A DNA stretch of 63,999 nucleotides, filler included, from Rozella allomycis CSF55 (lineage: Eukaryota), in NCBI GenBank assembly GCA_000442015.1. It is 10 parts of 10 records of this genome, joined end to end, with 100 filler letters (N's around TTAATTAATTAA, not from the genome) between each part and the next. Parts side by side here need not be neighbours in the genome. Positions count along the whole stretch, not along the records: positions 37,214 to 54,137 come from KE560353.1; positions 54,238 to 55,312 come from KE560354.1; positions 55,413 to 59,521 come from KE560355.1; 7 more parts are not named here. The stretch is one strand, 5' to 3'. Numbering within the stretch: the first letter of the stretch is position 1; the number at the start of each line of letters is the position of its first letter. Both the position numbers and the translations under genes were made by a program. This document shows positions 47,747 through 59,259 of this stretch, piece after piece. The notes beneath the pieces are model-generated. The model searched no databases and was not told the DNA's origin. It saw nothing but the letters and a program-made list of their open reading frames with translations.

Positions 47747-48925
47747 ATGATCGTGACACTGACGCCACTCATGAAAATTAAGACTTTTTTGTGGCATATT
47801 TTCACAGATCCGTTTTTCGCAACCTTTTGTGCCAGTATTTTAGGCTATTCAATATTTCACATCGCTGCGTTTACTAGACCGATAACTGAAGCAAATTTTC
47901 CAGAAAAGAATCTATTTCAACCCAATTTCATAAATCCAGATCATTCCATACAAAGTATAGCATACCTTTTGATGGCTCATGATCGAAAATCCATGAAAGG
48001 TTTGCTGCGAATTGTTAACTCTTTGTATCATCCGAAGCATTTCTTCTTCTTCCATATAGATGCCAAAGTAGAATTAGATGAATTTAATGATTTTAAAAAT
48101 ACTATTTTATCAAATTATGGAAATTCAAACGTGATTTTTGACGTTCAAAGAGTAGATGTCAAATGGGGTTCATTTGAAATAGTCCAGGCGGAAATTAACC
48201 TATTAGAAAGCGCGGTAAATTTGAACAAAAAGATGCATTTCACAGAAAAATGGACTCGTGCACATTTTCTGTGTGGTTACACAATTCCTTTACATTCTCG
48301 GGAATACATCGACATGAAGTTCGCGAATTTTCCAGCAGAGTCAAACATTGTATTTGACTTTCAAGGAAATTTCAGTGTCTGTGAAAAAACACCCTTTGAT
48401 CCTTGTAATCGAACACCGGCAAGATGTCTAGATCGACTTTGTACACAAATGCACATGACTCCAAACAATGGAGTCATTTACAAAGGTCAGCAATGGGTAT
48501 CTCTAAGTCAAAGTTTTGCGGAGTTCCTCTTTGGTGAAGGCCGAGCATATTTTGAAGGTTGGATATCATTTTTTAAATCATATTGCACATTTGCGCCAGA
48601 CGAACTATTTTTTCAAACATTGTTAATGAATTCAAGATACAGAGAGACTGCCGCCTTGTCCTATAATAGAAAGATTTCAGGTTATAAAACATTGCCCTTA
48701 CTTTATGTTCGCTGGAACGACTGTAAAAGTTTCAAATCGGCACGTTCGCAAGCTGGAGAATCTCCATGTGATTTAGGCATTGATGACATAGATTCTATTG
48801 ACTTCAATTTCCTTTTTGCCAGAAAAGTCGCTGTAGATGACGATGATAGACTCTACAGATTCATAAATGAGAGAATAATCAAGATTGAAACAACGAGATC
48901 TAAAAATCCGGCGGAGTACGTATAG
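47747..48925 (+). CDS. Core-2/I-branching (GT14) glycosyltransferase, type II membrane protein
   Basis: IAYLLMAH, HIDAK, RVDVKWGSFEIVQAE, YKGQQWVSLS, PDELFFQT and LFARK. Confidence 0.85.
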   Translation: MIVTLTPLMKIKTFLWHIFTDPFFATFCASILGYSIFHIAAFTRPITEANFPEKNLFQPNFINPDHSIQSIAYLLMAHDRKSMKGLLRIVNSLYHPKHFFFFHIDAKVELDEFNDFKNTILSNYGNSNVIFDVQRVDVKWGSFEIVQAEINLLESAVNLNKKMHFTEKWTRAHFLCGYTIPLHSREYIDMKFANFPAESNIVFDFQGNFSVCEKTPFDPCNRTPARCLDRLCTQMHMTPNNGVIYKGQQWVSLSQSFAEFLFGEGRAYFEGWISFFKSYCTFAPDELFFQTLLMNSRYRETAALSYNRKISGYKTLPLLYVRWNDCKSFKSARSQAGESPCDLGIDDIDSIDFNFLFARKVAVDDDDRLYRFINERIIKIETTRSKNPAEYV

Positions 48926-48970
48926 CTAAATAAATTAAAGCTTTTAAAATATGAAATATATTTATTTTGC

Positions 48971-49695
48971 TTAACGTGAAAAACCCTTTGAGGCTCTACG
49001 TCCACGAGCCTTTTCAAACTTGCGACCCTTAGAGCGAACATATGGTTTAACGTGAGAGCCTGGTTGACCTGGAATACCAAAGTGCTTAACAGCTTCACGG
49101 GCATTCTTCTTTCCTCTCAAGAGAACAGTTTTTTCTCCAGTTGGTGAGCGAAGAGCGAGTTGGTCAAGAGTAATAGCTTCACCACCAGCCTTTACAATTC
49201 TTGCACGAGCAGTCTTGGTAAAACGAAGAGCAGCAATAGTCAACTTAGGAAATTCTAAAAGACGGACATCGTCAGTAACAGTGCCAACCAAGACAGCAAT
49301 TTTATCTTCTTGACCAGACATTTGTTTTGCGACTCCAGAAAGACTCATTGGTGCACGGTTGATGCGAGACATAAATAAACGTTTAAGAATGATGTTGTTA
49401 AACTTTGCCCCAGTACGACGTGCTAAAAAGCGGTACAACTAATATTAGAAATGTCCATAAAAACATATTAAATTAGAAGTGATCAGAGAAAGATTTTTCA
49501 ACAGAAATATTCTGATGTCCCTATTCTTTCTAAATCATCATTATTAAAACAAACTCAAGAGTGAAAAGAACGTACCTTAACCAAGAGAAGCAAATATGGG
49601 TCTTCGCTTTTTGGAGCAACACGACGGTTCTTCTTTACGTGATGACGGTCGATATCGATACCCTACAAATAAAATTTTTAGTTTGCTTTTACCAT
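48971..49695 (-). CDS. RPL18: 60S ribosomal protein L18 (eL18)
   Basis: [40 protein letters not shown]; introns of 30 and 137 nt. Confidence 0.97.
49480..49545 (-). ncRNA. Box C/D snoRNA, snR64/SNORD74-like, in RPL18 intron 2
   Basis: Box C ATGATGA (49541-49535), guide ATAGGGACA followed by D' CAGA, box D CTGA (49486-49483). The guide is antisense to the conserved LSU rRNA UGUCCCUAU. Confidence 0.8.
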
Positions 49696-50005
49696 TTCCT
49701 TTTTTCAGACAGGGGTCACTTTCTGAAAATTTCAACTTTTTGGAAAAGCCACCGAACAAAAATCCCGAATCTTGAAAGACTTGTGCTTCTCCTCGGTTAG
49801 AATTTTTCTAATGTGCAATTACTTCAAACATTAGCTTTATCTCCATAAATATTGTAACATTGTTTTCGAAGATTAATGCCCATGAATAAATTTCATGTGT
49901 TGCATAGTTAGTTTTTGACAATGAAAAGAGTAAATATAAATAAACTATAGTTTTATTGGCTCAAATTTTGTGTGGCGCAGGATAACCCCTGCAACAGCTA
50001 GAAAA

Positions 50006-50693
50006 ATGGATAACAGCGACAACGCTAATATGAGCATCAATTCAACTTCACCAACATCAGCCATTGCATCATCTCCATCAATGGCATATCATGACTCATC
50101 AGACAGTGCCACACACTCCCCATACATTTCACGACGAAAAGCCCTTCATCCTATGCGTGCAGTTAAGCCAGTCGATAATGTTTATGAAAGAAAAGCACTG
50201 GGGATAATTCCTTTGGACTTTAGTTTTAAAAACAACGAAACTCGTGAAGCAATTCCCGTATCACCAAAAAAACGCCCATCAACGCCTGTCGCTGACTTGA
50301 CTTCGTTTGGTGTTGTCAGTTCTAAATTTTCTTTTGACCCCGAGATTTCAGTGAATGAGATGATTAACAAAGCTCATTTGAAACAACTTGGCTTGTTGGC
50401 AAAGAAAGGTACCAGTCTTTTATCTTGATCATATAGGCAAATTCGGCTCTCCTATGGATATAACGAGAATGGAAGGAGTAGATGACTTAAATGACGAAGA
50501 ATTTCATCTTTGTACCATTTTGCGAATCACTCCCAAACAATATCTCCAGGCCAGAGAAGTTTTACTTCACGAATATCAAGTTAGAGGCTTTTATAAGAAG
50601 AGTGCTGCACAGAAAATGCTTCGTATGGATGTCAATAAAACAGGAAAGCTTTATGACTATTTTCAGGAGCTAGGATGGCTGCCACGCATGTGA
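50006..50693 (+). CDS. SWIRM-domain protein (Fun19/Ada2-type SWIRM)
   Basis: EEFHLCTILRITPKQYL..KSAAQKMLRMDVNKTGKLYDYF..GWL; one intron. Confidence 0.85.
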
Positions 50694-50891
50694 AGCGCTT
50701 TTGGTAATTTTGAATAACTAACGAATGCATTAATAAAAATTTTATTTTTTCGACGAAAAATGTACATCATTTTCTTTAGCTGAACGTAAACTGAGTTTTA
50801 GATTAGGTAGTACCTGAGTTCAGCAAGGGTTAAATACTCCGTAATAACACATAACAGAACATGTGCAGCATGTAAAAATATGCACTTTATT

Positions 50892-51872
50892 TTAGTTAAG
50901 AACGGCTTCAGGAGGAATGGCAAAAGTCAGCGGAGCAGGTTCTGTTTCACTAAACCGAACCTTCTTAAAATTCCTTTCATCATCATCTCCAGTTAATATA
51001 TGAGGAGGTAGGAATCGAATAAGGTTTTCAGGTATTATATCTTTTATGTCCCGAAAATTGACATTTGTAAGTCCCATTTGTTGCAAAACGTCCGTGTCTT
51101 CGTTCATGGCAAAAGGAGCATCAAACTCAAAGTAGTACTCTGACCTAAAAGTGATGCGTAAACAGTATTTTTACCTATCTTCGAGCATTTCACAATTAAT
51201 TTGGCAATGTCTGGGCGCGTTAATTAAAATAAATGGTAGTTCGAGTCTGTCGTGAACATTTGCAGCACCATCGGTATGAGCCTGTTGATTCCTTTTGATT
51301 AAGTTATAAAGGGCAATTTTCTATCTATTTATAGAGCTGAAAATTACTCGTAAGAGTAGGTCTTGGATATTTTGTTTTTTGGCAGCAATTCTTTTTTCTC
51401 TTTCTCTGATGTCGTCCTATAATCGTTTACGCAGTGTTTTACTTGATAGGCTCTGATCGCCTGCTCAGAGTCAGACGGTAAACCGAGCCATCTTATTTCT
51501 TTCTTATTTTTATCCTTTTCAATGATATCCATGGCCATTAACACATTCAAAGCGTCATAGACTCTTCTACGTATGTTCTTTTGATCTAGCGATCCGCCAG
51601 TTCCACTTAATTCAACCACAAGATCGTCGGCAACCTTGATCATCAAAATTTGTTTACAGTACTTCCGAATATGTGGTTCTTCCTTTTTGTTCTACCTTTT
51701 GCATAACTAACAACGAAAAATGTCGCAACCCTTTTTGATTATTTTCTCGCCCGCGCTTTCCAGTTGTTTGCCTTCTTACATAAATGACTCATATTTGTCT
51801 TTACGTTGAAGAAGGAGAAGAAGACGCGGTCGACCTGATGGCTCTTTCCGGAGTGTTAGCTTGACCCAACAT
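50892..51872 (-). CDS. Transcription factor DP (E2F dimerisation partner)
   Basis: [59 protein letters not shown], followed by the DP domain LELPFILIN. Confidence 0.92.
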
Positions 51873-52152
51873 ACTTGTCACAAAAGATTTTTCGTAAATG
51901 AATATTTGGAATACCATTCTTAAACCTTTTCATCTGAGTCTTAAGTTCTCAAAAGGTAAAACGTAACTTAACCATGGCTATACTTCACAAAGGTCACCCA
52001 AATTTATGTGACAGATCAGGTATATAATTCAATGAAATAAATTGTAAAACCATATGAGTGTTCATTAAAAAATTAATTAACAGGAATATACCTTATACGA
52101 AAGATACTCTATCACAATTTCAGACTGATTGCCTTATTGTTACCCCTGTAAA

Positions 52153-53120
52153 ATGAACGCAAGACAATTCAAGCAGATTGCAGGAGGGTCTTCTTTGGTC
52201 TTTGCCTTGTGCGCAGCCGGAATAGGACTTAATTCGTCACTTTATAATGGTACGCATTTTTCTTTTGTGAGAGTAGTTGATGGAGGGTATAGAGCAATCA
52301 AATTCTCACGAATTTGGGGAGTCATTGATAAAGTCTACAGTGAAGGTATTTCAAATTGTGATTTTTTAAAAGGAACTCATATTCGTTTGCCATGGTTAGA
52401 AAGGCCTATCATTTATGATGCGAGAGCGAAACCAAGAAACATTGCATCATTGACAGGCACTAAAGACTTACAAATGGTTAATATAACTGTGAGAGTATTA
52501 TCAAAGCCTAATATTGAAAAATTACCAAAGATTTATCGCGAACTTGGTATGTTGAATTTAGCAAAATGAAAAGGTACTGATTACGACGAGCGAGTCCTTC
52601 CATCTATTGTAAACGAAGTTTTAAAAAGTGTTGTCGCCCAATTTAACGCGTCGCAATTGATTACGCAGAGAGAAAAAGTTAGTCAACTTGTTAGACAAAG
52701 ACTCACAGAAAGGGCTTCAAACTTTGATATTGTTTTGGTATTAAAAAGTTAATGAGCATGAGTTTAGGATGATGTTTCCATTACGCATGTTAAGTTCGGG
52801 CCTGAATTTACCGCGGCTGTTGAAGCTAAACAAATCGGTAATGACTATTAACATTGAATATTATAGCTCAACAAGAAGCGCAAAGAGCTGCTTTTGTAGT
52901 AGAAAGGGCTATTCAAGAGAAACAATCTATTATAGTTCGTGCTGAAGGAGAAGCGCAGTCAGCAAAAATGATTGGAGAAGCAGTTGCCCAAAATCCAGCT
53001 TTTATTGAATTAAGAAAGATTGAAGCAGCTAGGGACATAGCACAAACGGTATCAAAATCCAATAATAGGGTATTTTTGAATTCTGAAGCTTTGTTATTGA
53101 ATCCCAGTTCAAGTAAATAG
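52153..53120 (+). CDS. PHB2: Prohibitin-2
   Basis: [42 protein letters not shown] and [10 protein letters not shown]; five short introns. Confidence 0.95.
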
Positions 53121-53206
53121 CAAAGAAAATAAATTAATTATTTCTATTGTTACATTTGAATATTTTTGCAAAGAAGCGGGCAAACCTGAAAACTAAGCCT
53201 CTCTGT

Positions 53207-54137
53207 ATGCTTTCCGCCAATACAGGTCCGAGTAAGGCACTAGAAAAGCTGAAAAGACTGACTTTTACGACAATTACACCTATCCCACATGCAGGTAAAA
53301 TAGTTTTTTTTGACAAAGATAGCATTTTTTATGAATGGGGAGAGCAAGCGGACCTGGTTAGACAAGTCTGAAGAGGATAAAACAGTTGATGAAGGCCTTT
53401 TTAAAGATTTCATTTGTCACGCTTTGGCTGATGTAGAGAGTTTTAAATGGACGAAGAGTGTACAAGAAATGGAAAAAGTTGAGTTTGAAAAATTATGTGA
53501 TTACATGGAGATTGAAGAAAATGAAACTGAAAAATATGAATATTTGAGTTTTAATGAATGCATTTCACGGTTGATGAATAGCAGTCAGAGTGGGAACGAA
53601 GAGAGTGAATTGATTGATGATAATGGTAATAATGATAACAATGATGATGATCAAATGATAAAAAACGATGATTATTGTAATGACAAAACGAGCAGTTGTA
53701 ATGAAACAGATGAAAGCTACCATGAGGGTACAGAGGATAGTAAATCAATAGAGAACAGGGAAGATATTGAGTCAATAGAGAACAGGGAAGATATTGAGTC
53801 AATAGAGAAGATAAATTATATTGAGTCAATACAGAAGATGGATGATATTGAATCAACAAAAGATATTGAGCCATTAGAGAAAGTTGATGACATTGAATCA
53901 TCACTTGGACAACTAGAGATTAAAATAGAGGTTAAAGAATTGCATAATCTTACCAATGAAATTGAGAAAGCCAAACAAGAGTTAAAAGTAGAGGAGAAAA
54001 GTAGCATTGAAGTGAAGACGCCTTTGAATAAGAAATATTTGACCCCAGAGAAAACGATTAAGAGAGAAAGAATTAATGATTCCACGTTGATGATTACAAA
54101 GATGCTAAAATCAAATAAGATTAAAGAAAGTCAAATG
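53207..54137 (+). CDS. Acidic hypothetical protein with 9-aa repeats (SIENREDIE); 3' truncated
   Basis: A 28-nt intron joins the 53207 exon to the long ORF; 27-nt tandem repeat at ~53745-53900. Confidence 0.55.
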
Positions 54138-54654
54138 NNNNNNNNNNNNNNNNNNNNNNNNNNNNNNNNNNNNNNNNNNNNTTAATTAATTAANNNNNNN
54201 NNNNNNNNNNNNNNNNNNNNNNNNNNNNNNNNNNNNNTAACCGGTATACCCCCGTTAAATGAATTTCATTTCAGTCCCAAAGCAACCAATACCATAAACA
54301 ATATACGTTTGTGACCAAAATAATTACAAGGAGAACAACATTCATCAATTGAACAATGAACAAGTACTAGTCGTCGTCTAGAGATTCCACGAATCTTGAC
54401 TATGTTACTGTCTGAAAGATTCCTTGACACATTTTTTTAAATATATCAACTTTTTTATTGATTAATTAAAGCTTCCGAGTGGATCAAGGCAATGACATGA
54501 TTCACGGACAAATTAAAAAGTAACATAGAGTCATAGACCAGATTTCTGAAAATTGAAATCTCTTGCTATTAGCATTTTGGTTTCAAAAGTTCATTAAAAC
54601 TTTGCGTGAATTTTCAATTACAATCAATTGTAGGTCCTCAGTCGCAAGGGTATA

Positions 54655-55312
54655 ATGGAAGCGACCCTGTCAACACCAGATTCAAAATCCTTCAACTATG
54701 CTTTCCACAAAGCAGGTCTCCAGTCTGTTGATTTTACCGCCATAAAAAAGAAAATAGAAGAGGTTTCAAAAGTAAAAACTATCAGCGACTGAAAGAGGGG
54801 TCGAAATTTTACCTGCGAGAACAGCAGCGACAAGAATCATGGCGCCAGCAAGTGAAGCAATTAGAGCCAAAATACCACGAGTTGCTGCGAAACCGTGAGC
54901 TGTATATCCAGCTTGAAAGGGAAATCGATGAGTATCTAGATTTGATTGTGCAGGATGCGGATTTCAGCAAGACCTTTGTGCATATCGATATGGATGCCTT
55001 TTACGCTGCTGTTGAGATGCGCGATAATCCGGCATTGCGGGATAAGCCGATGGCGGTGGGTGGCATGTCGATGTTGTCTACGGCGAATTACGAGGCCAGA
55101 AAGTTTGGAGTGTCGGCTGCCATTCCTGGCTATATTGCGAAAAAGCTTTGTCCTGAATTAGTTATTGTGGAGCTTCATTTTGAAAAGTACAGAAGGGTTA
55201 GCGAACAAATTCAAAAAATATTTGCGGTATAGTGAAATGCTTTGATTCAATATAGAAATATGATCCAAAATTCCGCGCTATGAGTTTGGATGAGGCTTAT
55301 TTAGATCTTACG
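54655..55312 (+). CDS. POLK: DNA polymerase kappa (DinB, Y family), 5' part
   Basis: KAGLQSVD..GSKFY N-clasp, VHIDMDAFYAAVE, STANYEARKFGV and MSLDEAYLD. Confidence 0.92.
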
Positions 55313-55718
55313 NNNNNNNNNNNNNNNNNNNNNNNNNNNNNNNNNNNNNNNNNNNNTTAATTAATTAANNNNNNNNNNNNNNNNNNNNNNNNNNNNNNNN
55401 NNNNNNNNNNNNAATGACACATTTTGAGAGCATATTCGTGAGCCCTGTAACAATTATACTTTCTGATTTCTCGGTCGTAGGTAGGTAATGTTGGTGAAGA
55501 TGTTTGTTGAGATACGGGAGGGCCAGTGGCGAAACAAGTAAGCTCCCTGTGAATTAGGAGTTTCTGGGAAAATGTTATTCAAGTTCTTTTTGAAAAAGAT
55601 TCGAAATCGAAAAACCTATGAAACACTGTTTCGTCTTCGCTTAACGCCATAAATAGGAATCCAATTTCCATAAATTTGCCTTAGGCACGTGTAATTGACA
55701 ATTATACGCACAGCCACT

Positions 55719-56483
55719 ATGCTGAAGAAATTTATACCTACCGTTTTAATTATCCAGTCTGTACTCTGTTCCACTATTCCTCAAAGAAAATCTGTTGCAG
55801 AAGTTCCTCGTTTTTTGGAATCCTTACTGAATCTGAACCAAATTTCAGACGACGATTCACTTGTCCAAGCACATTCTTCTCAAGAACTGGCAGGCCAACC
55901 TCTGTCTATATCGTCGCGTGATGAAGAGTTCAACCCTCGCATCATGTCTAATGCGCAGTATATCGTTGATGTTTTAAATAGGGGCAAAATTGGCAGACGA
56001 GCGCAGGAAAAGCGTGAATATGAAAAAGCAAGGAAAATGTTAAATGATCTAGGATGCCGCCGTAAAGTCAGAGCCGCTCTTTACAAAGTAAAATACTTCC
56101 TGAGTTCCAAATTGCAAATGAAATATCGGGATGTCTTGGCGTCACCGGGATTTTTTAGTGACCAAGAAAAAGATAAAATAAATGAATTATTTCTACAAGT
56201 CGGATATAGTGAAATTATAGATGAACTCAATAAGGACATTTCATGGACACGACCTGTTAGCCCGCGAACTCTTAAGATTGTACTATCATCAACTAAATAC
56301 TATTCTGTAGCAGAGAGGCAAAAAGTAGTTGGTCTATTTCGTGGAGGGTCAAAAGATGCAATACTGCAAACAAGGAAAGAAGTTCGAAAACTACTCGAGG
56401 AAGATTCTTCCTGGACTCGACCTGTTAGAGATGATGCTCTCAAGCAAATTGAAGAAGATTTAGCAATGGAGCTTATGAGATGA
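55719..56483 (+). CDS. Secreted protein, paralog A
   Basis: Signal-peptide-like MLKKFIPTVLIIQSVLC; clear similarity to 58261-59259. Confidence 0.75.
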   Translation: MLKKFIPTVLIIQSVLCSTIPQRKSVAEVPRFLESLLNLNQISDDDSLVQAHSSQELAGQPLSISSRDEEFNPRIMSNAQYIVDVLNRGKIGRRAQEKREYEKARKMLNDLGCRRKVRAALYKVKYFLSSKLQMKYRDVLASPGFFSDQEKDKINELFLQVGYSEIIDELNKDISWTRPVSPRTLKIVLSSTKYYSVAERQKVVGLFRGGSKDAILQTRKEVRKLLEEDSSWTRPVRDDALKQIEEDLAMELMR

Positions 56484-56834
56484 AAATAAAGCTTTAGATT
56501 TGATTATGTTTGTGACTATTTTGACCTTTGAATATGCTGTATTTGAAACATCATATGCTGTATCGCGGTTTGCTTTGAAAAGCTATACGCAGATAACTAT
56601 AAAACTCATATATACTTTTAAAAAAATTACTTAATGGTTAAATTTTTCTTCCTTTTAAGGCTTCCCTGGGTTTAATGTTTCAAAGAACATGATGTATACT
56701 GATAGACTGATCTCTTGTAATTGAATAATTACTTTTTCATTTTAAATGTATGTAATGCATAGATTGTATAGTGCTTCTAGTATATACGATTTACGAAATA
56801 TTCAAAGTTCAAACCACAAACCACAACTAGTTCA

Positions 56835-57300
56835 ATTCAAACGGAGCAAGAAAGACGCCTAACAGCTCTCGAAACACTCAGCACACCATGTCTAGACCCT
56901 CTCGGCCGCCTGGAGAAACTCGAGCGCCAAATTATTGCGAATCCAGTGTACACAAAAATCCGCGACACAGTGCATCGAATTCCCGTTGACTATGAAGAGT
57001 GGTTGAGTGTATTAGAGTTGAAAGAGTACTATGTAAATACTGTTGAGCGTTTGAAAGAGTTGCGTGAGATTGAGGGACGGGTGAGGGTTGAAGAGTTGAT
57101 GGGAGATGCGAGGAGGTAGAGATGTGTTTTGGAATATAGGGATGGCTGGGAAGATTGAGGAGGGATGGAAGAGGCATGTGGAGATTAGGGAGAAGGTTGA
57201 GAGGAATAGGAGGAGGTTTGAGAGGCTGATGGAGACTTATAGGAGGTTTATTGATTTTTGTTCTGTTGAAATGGCAAGGGAATATATGAATAGGAAGTAG
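56835..57300 (+). pseudogene. Small coiled-coil gene copy lacking an ATG (ATT where the copy at 59446 has ATG); weak dynactin-p24-like appearance
   Basis: QTEQERRL.ALETLSTPCLDPLGR is shared with 59446-59521; frame change near 57115. Confidence 0.35.
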
Positions 57301-58260
57301 AAAGATATTTTGTTTAAACGTGTCAAAAAGTATTATTAATGGAAACTATTTTAGGGAAATAAATCAAATACCTCTCATTATTGTCATCATGGAAGGTTCA
57401 ATTATATTCGTAACACCTAATTAGCATGGCAACTCCGCTTTACGCTCGCATTAAAAAATTAAATATGTTCGTGATTTTTCACAAAGCATCGTATGATTTT
57501 GGAATTTCATAGGCGTCTTACTCCATATTTGTGCCTTACTAAAAGCATTTTGTTTCTAGCGGTTGTGATCGCATTCGCTTCGCTCACATTAATAGATCTA
57601 TATACATCCGGGTTCACGCGCTAAGTAGCACATACGGCCGGGTTCTCACCACATTGATCCATACTCCATAGTTAGTGTTGGTACTCGCTTCCCTCGCATT
57701 CATGTTGAAAAATACCTTTTGTAGACTATTGCCTTGAAGCAAAGGCGAGACTAACAAATAGAATATTATTTATTTGCACAATGCACATTCCATTTTACCC
57801 ACATCCGAAACGCTTATANCACAACTCATCGCACTCGCTATAACAAATAGGCCCACTCAGCTTCATATCAGGTGATCAATTCTATTGTTGACATTGACAA
57901 CCGCTAACTACCATGGCAACACCGCTTTTAGTGTTACAGATTCGCTTAGTTAGACATTTGTTTGCTATCTACTTACCTTTATCTTAATATTACTACAATA
58001 TTTATGGAGACTTAAGTTTGAAAGTTCAATGACACCAGAATTCTATAAGGAAATAGAAAGGGATTTGACAGTCCATAAATTTCTACCGGCATTTTCATGC
58101 GTTGAAAAACTAAACCTTCTAATGTATCGTGCATGTTTGTAGATTTTTATTTTTTTAAACCAATTAATACGTTTTGAAAACTTTTCGTGAAAATAGAAAT
58201 GGCCCTAACAAATATGAATCCAATTTTCATGAAGCACGTGTAATTGTGCACTCAGCCACT

Positions 58261-59259
58261 ATGCTGAAGAAATTTCTACCTCTCGTTTTAATTTTAAAGT
58301 CTATAATCTGTTCCACTATTCCTCAACGAGGATCTGTCGCAGAAGTTCCTCGTTTTTTGGAATCCTTACTGAATGCGGACCAGATTTCAGATGACGATTC
58401 ACGTGTGACCTTCGAAGACGAGCAAGATGTGGAATCTCAAGATGATCGCGACATGATCACGGAAATAGACTATGCACATGTTAATCCTCTTGCCCATGGT
58501 AACTATGAAGAATATCAGTCCCACCAGCCAGGAAATCCTTCTTATCAATCTATTTCTGATAATCATGACAGTATCCAAGATTTTGCAACTGGAACTATTC
58601 CTTTTCATCAGTCTCATTCTGATGCTAATAATATAGCGAATACTATCAGGGCAAAGTCTTGTCGTGGAACTTCGAACGATGAAGATTTTACGCCTCGTAT
58701 TATTGCCAACGTGCAGTATATTGTTTCTGTTTTCCAAAGAGCTAATGTTGGCAGAAGACCCGGGGAAAAGAATGAATATAGAAAGGCTAGAAAAATGTTA
58801 AATGACCTCTTTCTAGAATTAGGATCCCACCGTAAAGTCAGAGCTGCCTTTTTGAAAGTTAAAACCTCGATTGATCCCAGATTGGAAAAGCAATATCGGA
58901 ATGTCTTGGCTTCCGCAGAATTTTTAAGAGAAGAGGAAAAAGATAAGATAAATGAATTATTTCTTCAAGTCGGATATAATGGAATTATAGCGGTTCTCAA
59001 AAATGACAGTTCTTGGACACGACCCATATACGAACGCACTCTTGATGCTGTATTGTCATCACCTAAATACTATACTGCAGCAGAAAGAAAAATAGTAGCT
59101 GATCATTTTCGCGCTGGTTTAAATGATGCAATACTGCAAACAAGGAAAGAAGTTCGAAAACTCCTCGAGGAAGATTCTTCCTGGACTCGACCTGTTAGAG
59201 ATGATGCTCTCAAGCAAATTGAAGAAGATTTAGCAATGGAGCTTATGGGATGGAAATAA
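58261..59259 (+). CDS. Secreted protein, paralog B
   Basis: MLKKFLPLVLILKSIIC signal; same architecture as paralog A plus an acidic insertion. Confidence 0.75.
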   Translation: MLKKFLPLVLILKSIICSTIPQRGSVAEVPRFLESLLNADQISDDDSRVTFEDEQDVESQDDRDMITEIDYAHVNPLAHGNYEEYQSHQPGNPSYQSISDNHDSIQDFATGTIPFHQSHSDANNIANTIRAKSCRGTSNDEDFTPRIIANVQYIVSVFQRANVGRRPGEKNEYRKARKMLNDLFLELGSHRKVRAAFLKVKTSIDPRLEKQYRNVLASAEFLREEEKDKINELFLQVGYNGIIAVLKNDSSWTRPIYERTLDAVLSSPKYYTAAERKIVADHFRAGLNDAILQTRKEVRKLLEEDSSWTRPVRDDALKQIEEDLAMELMGWK

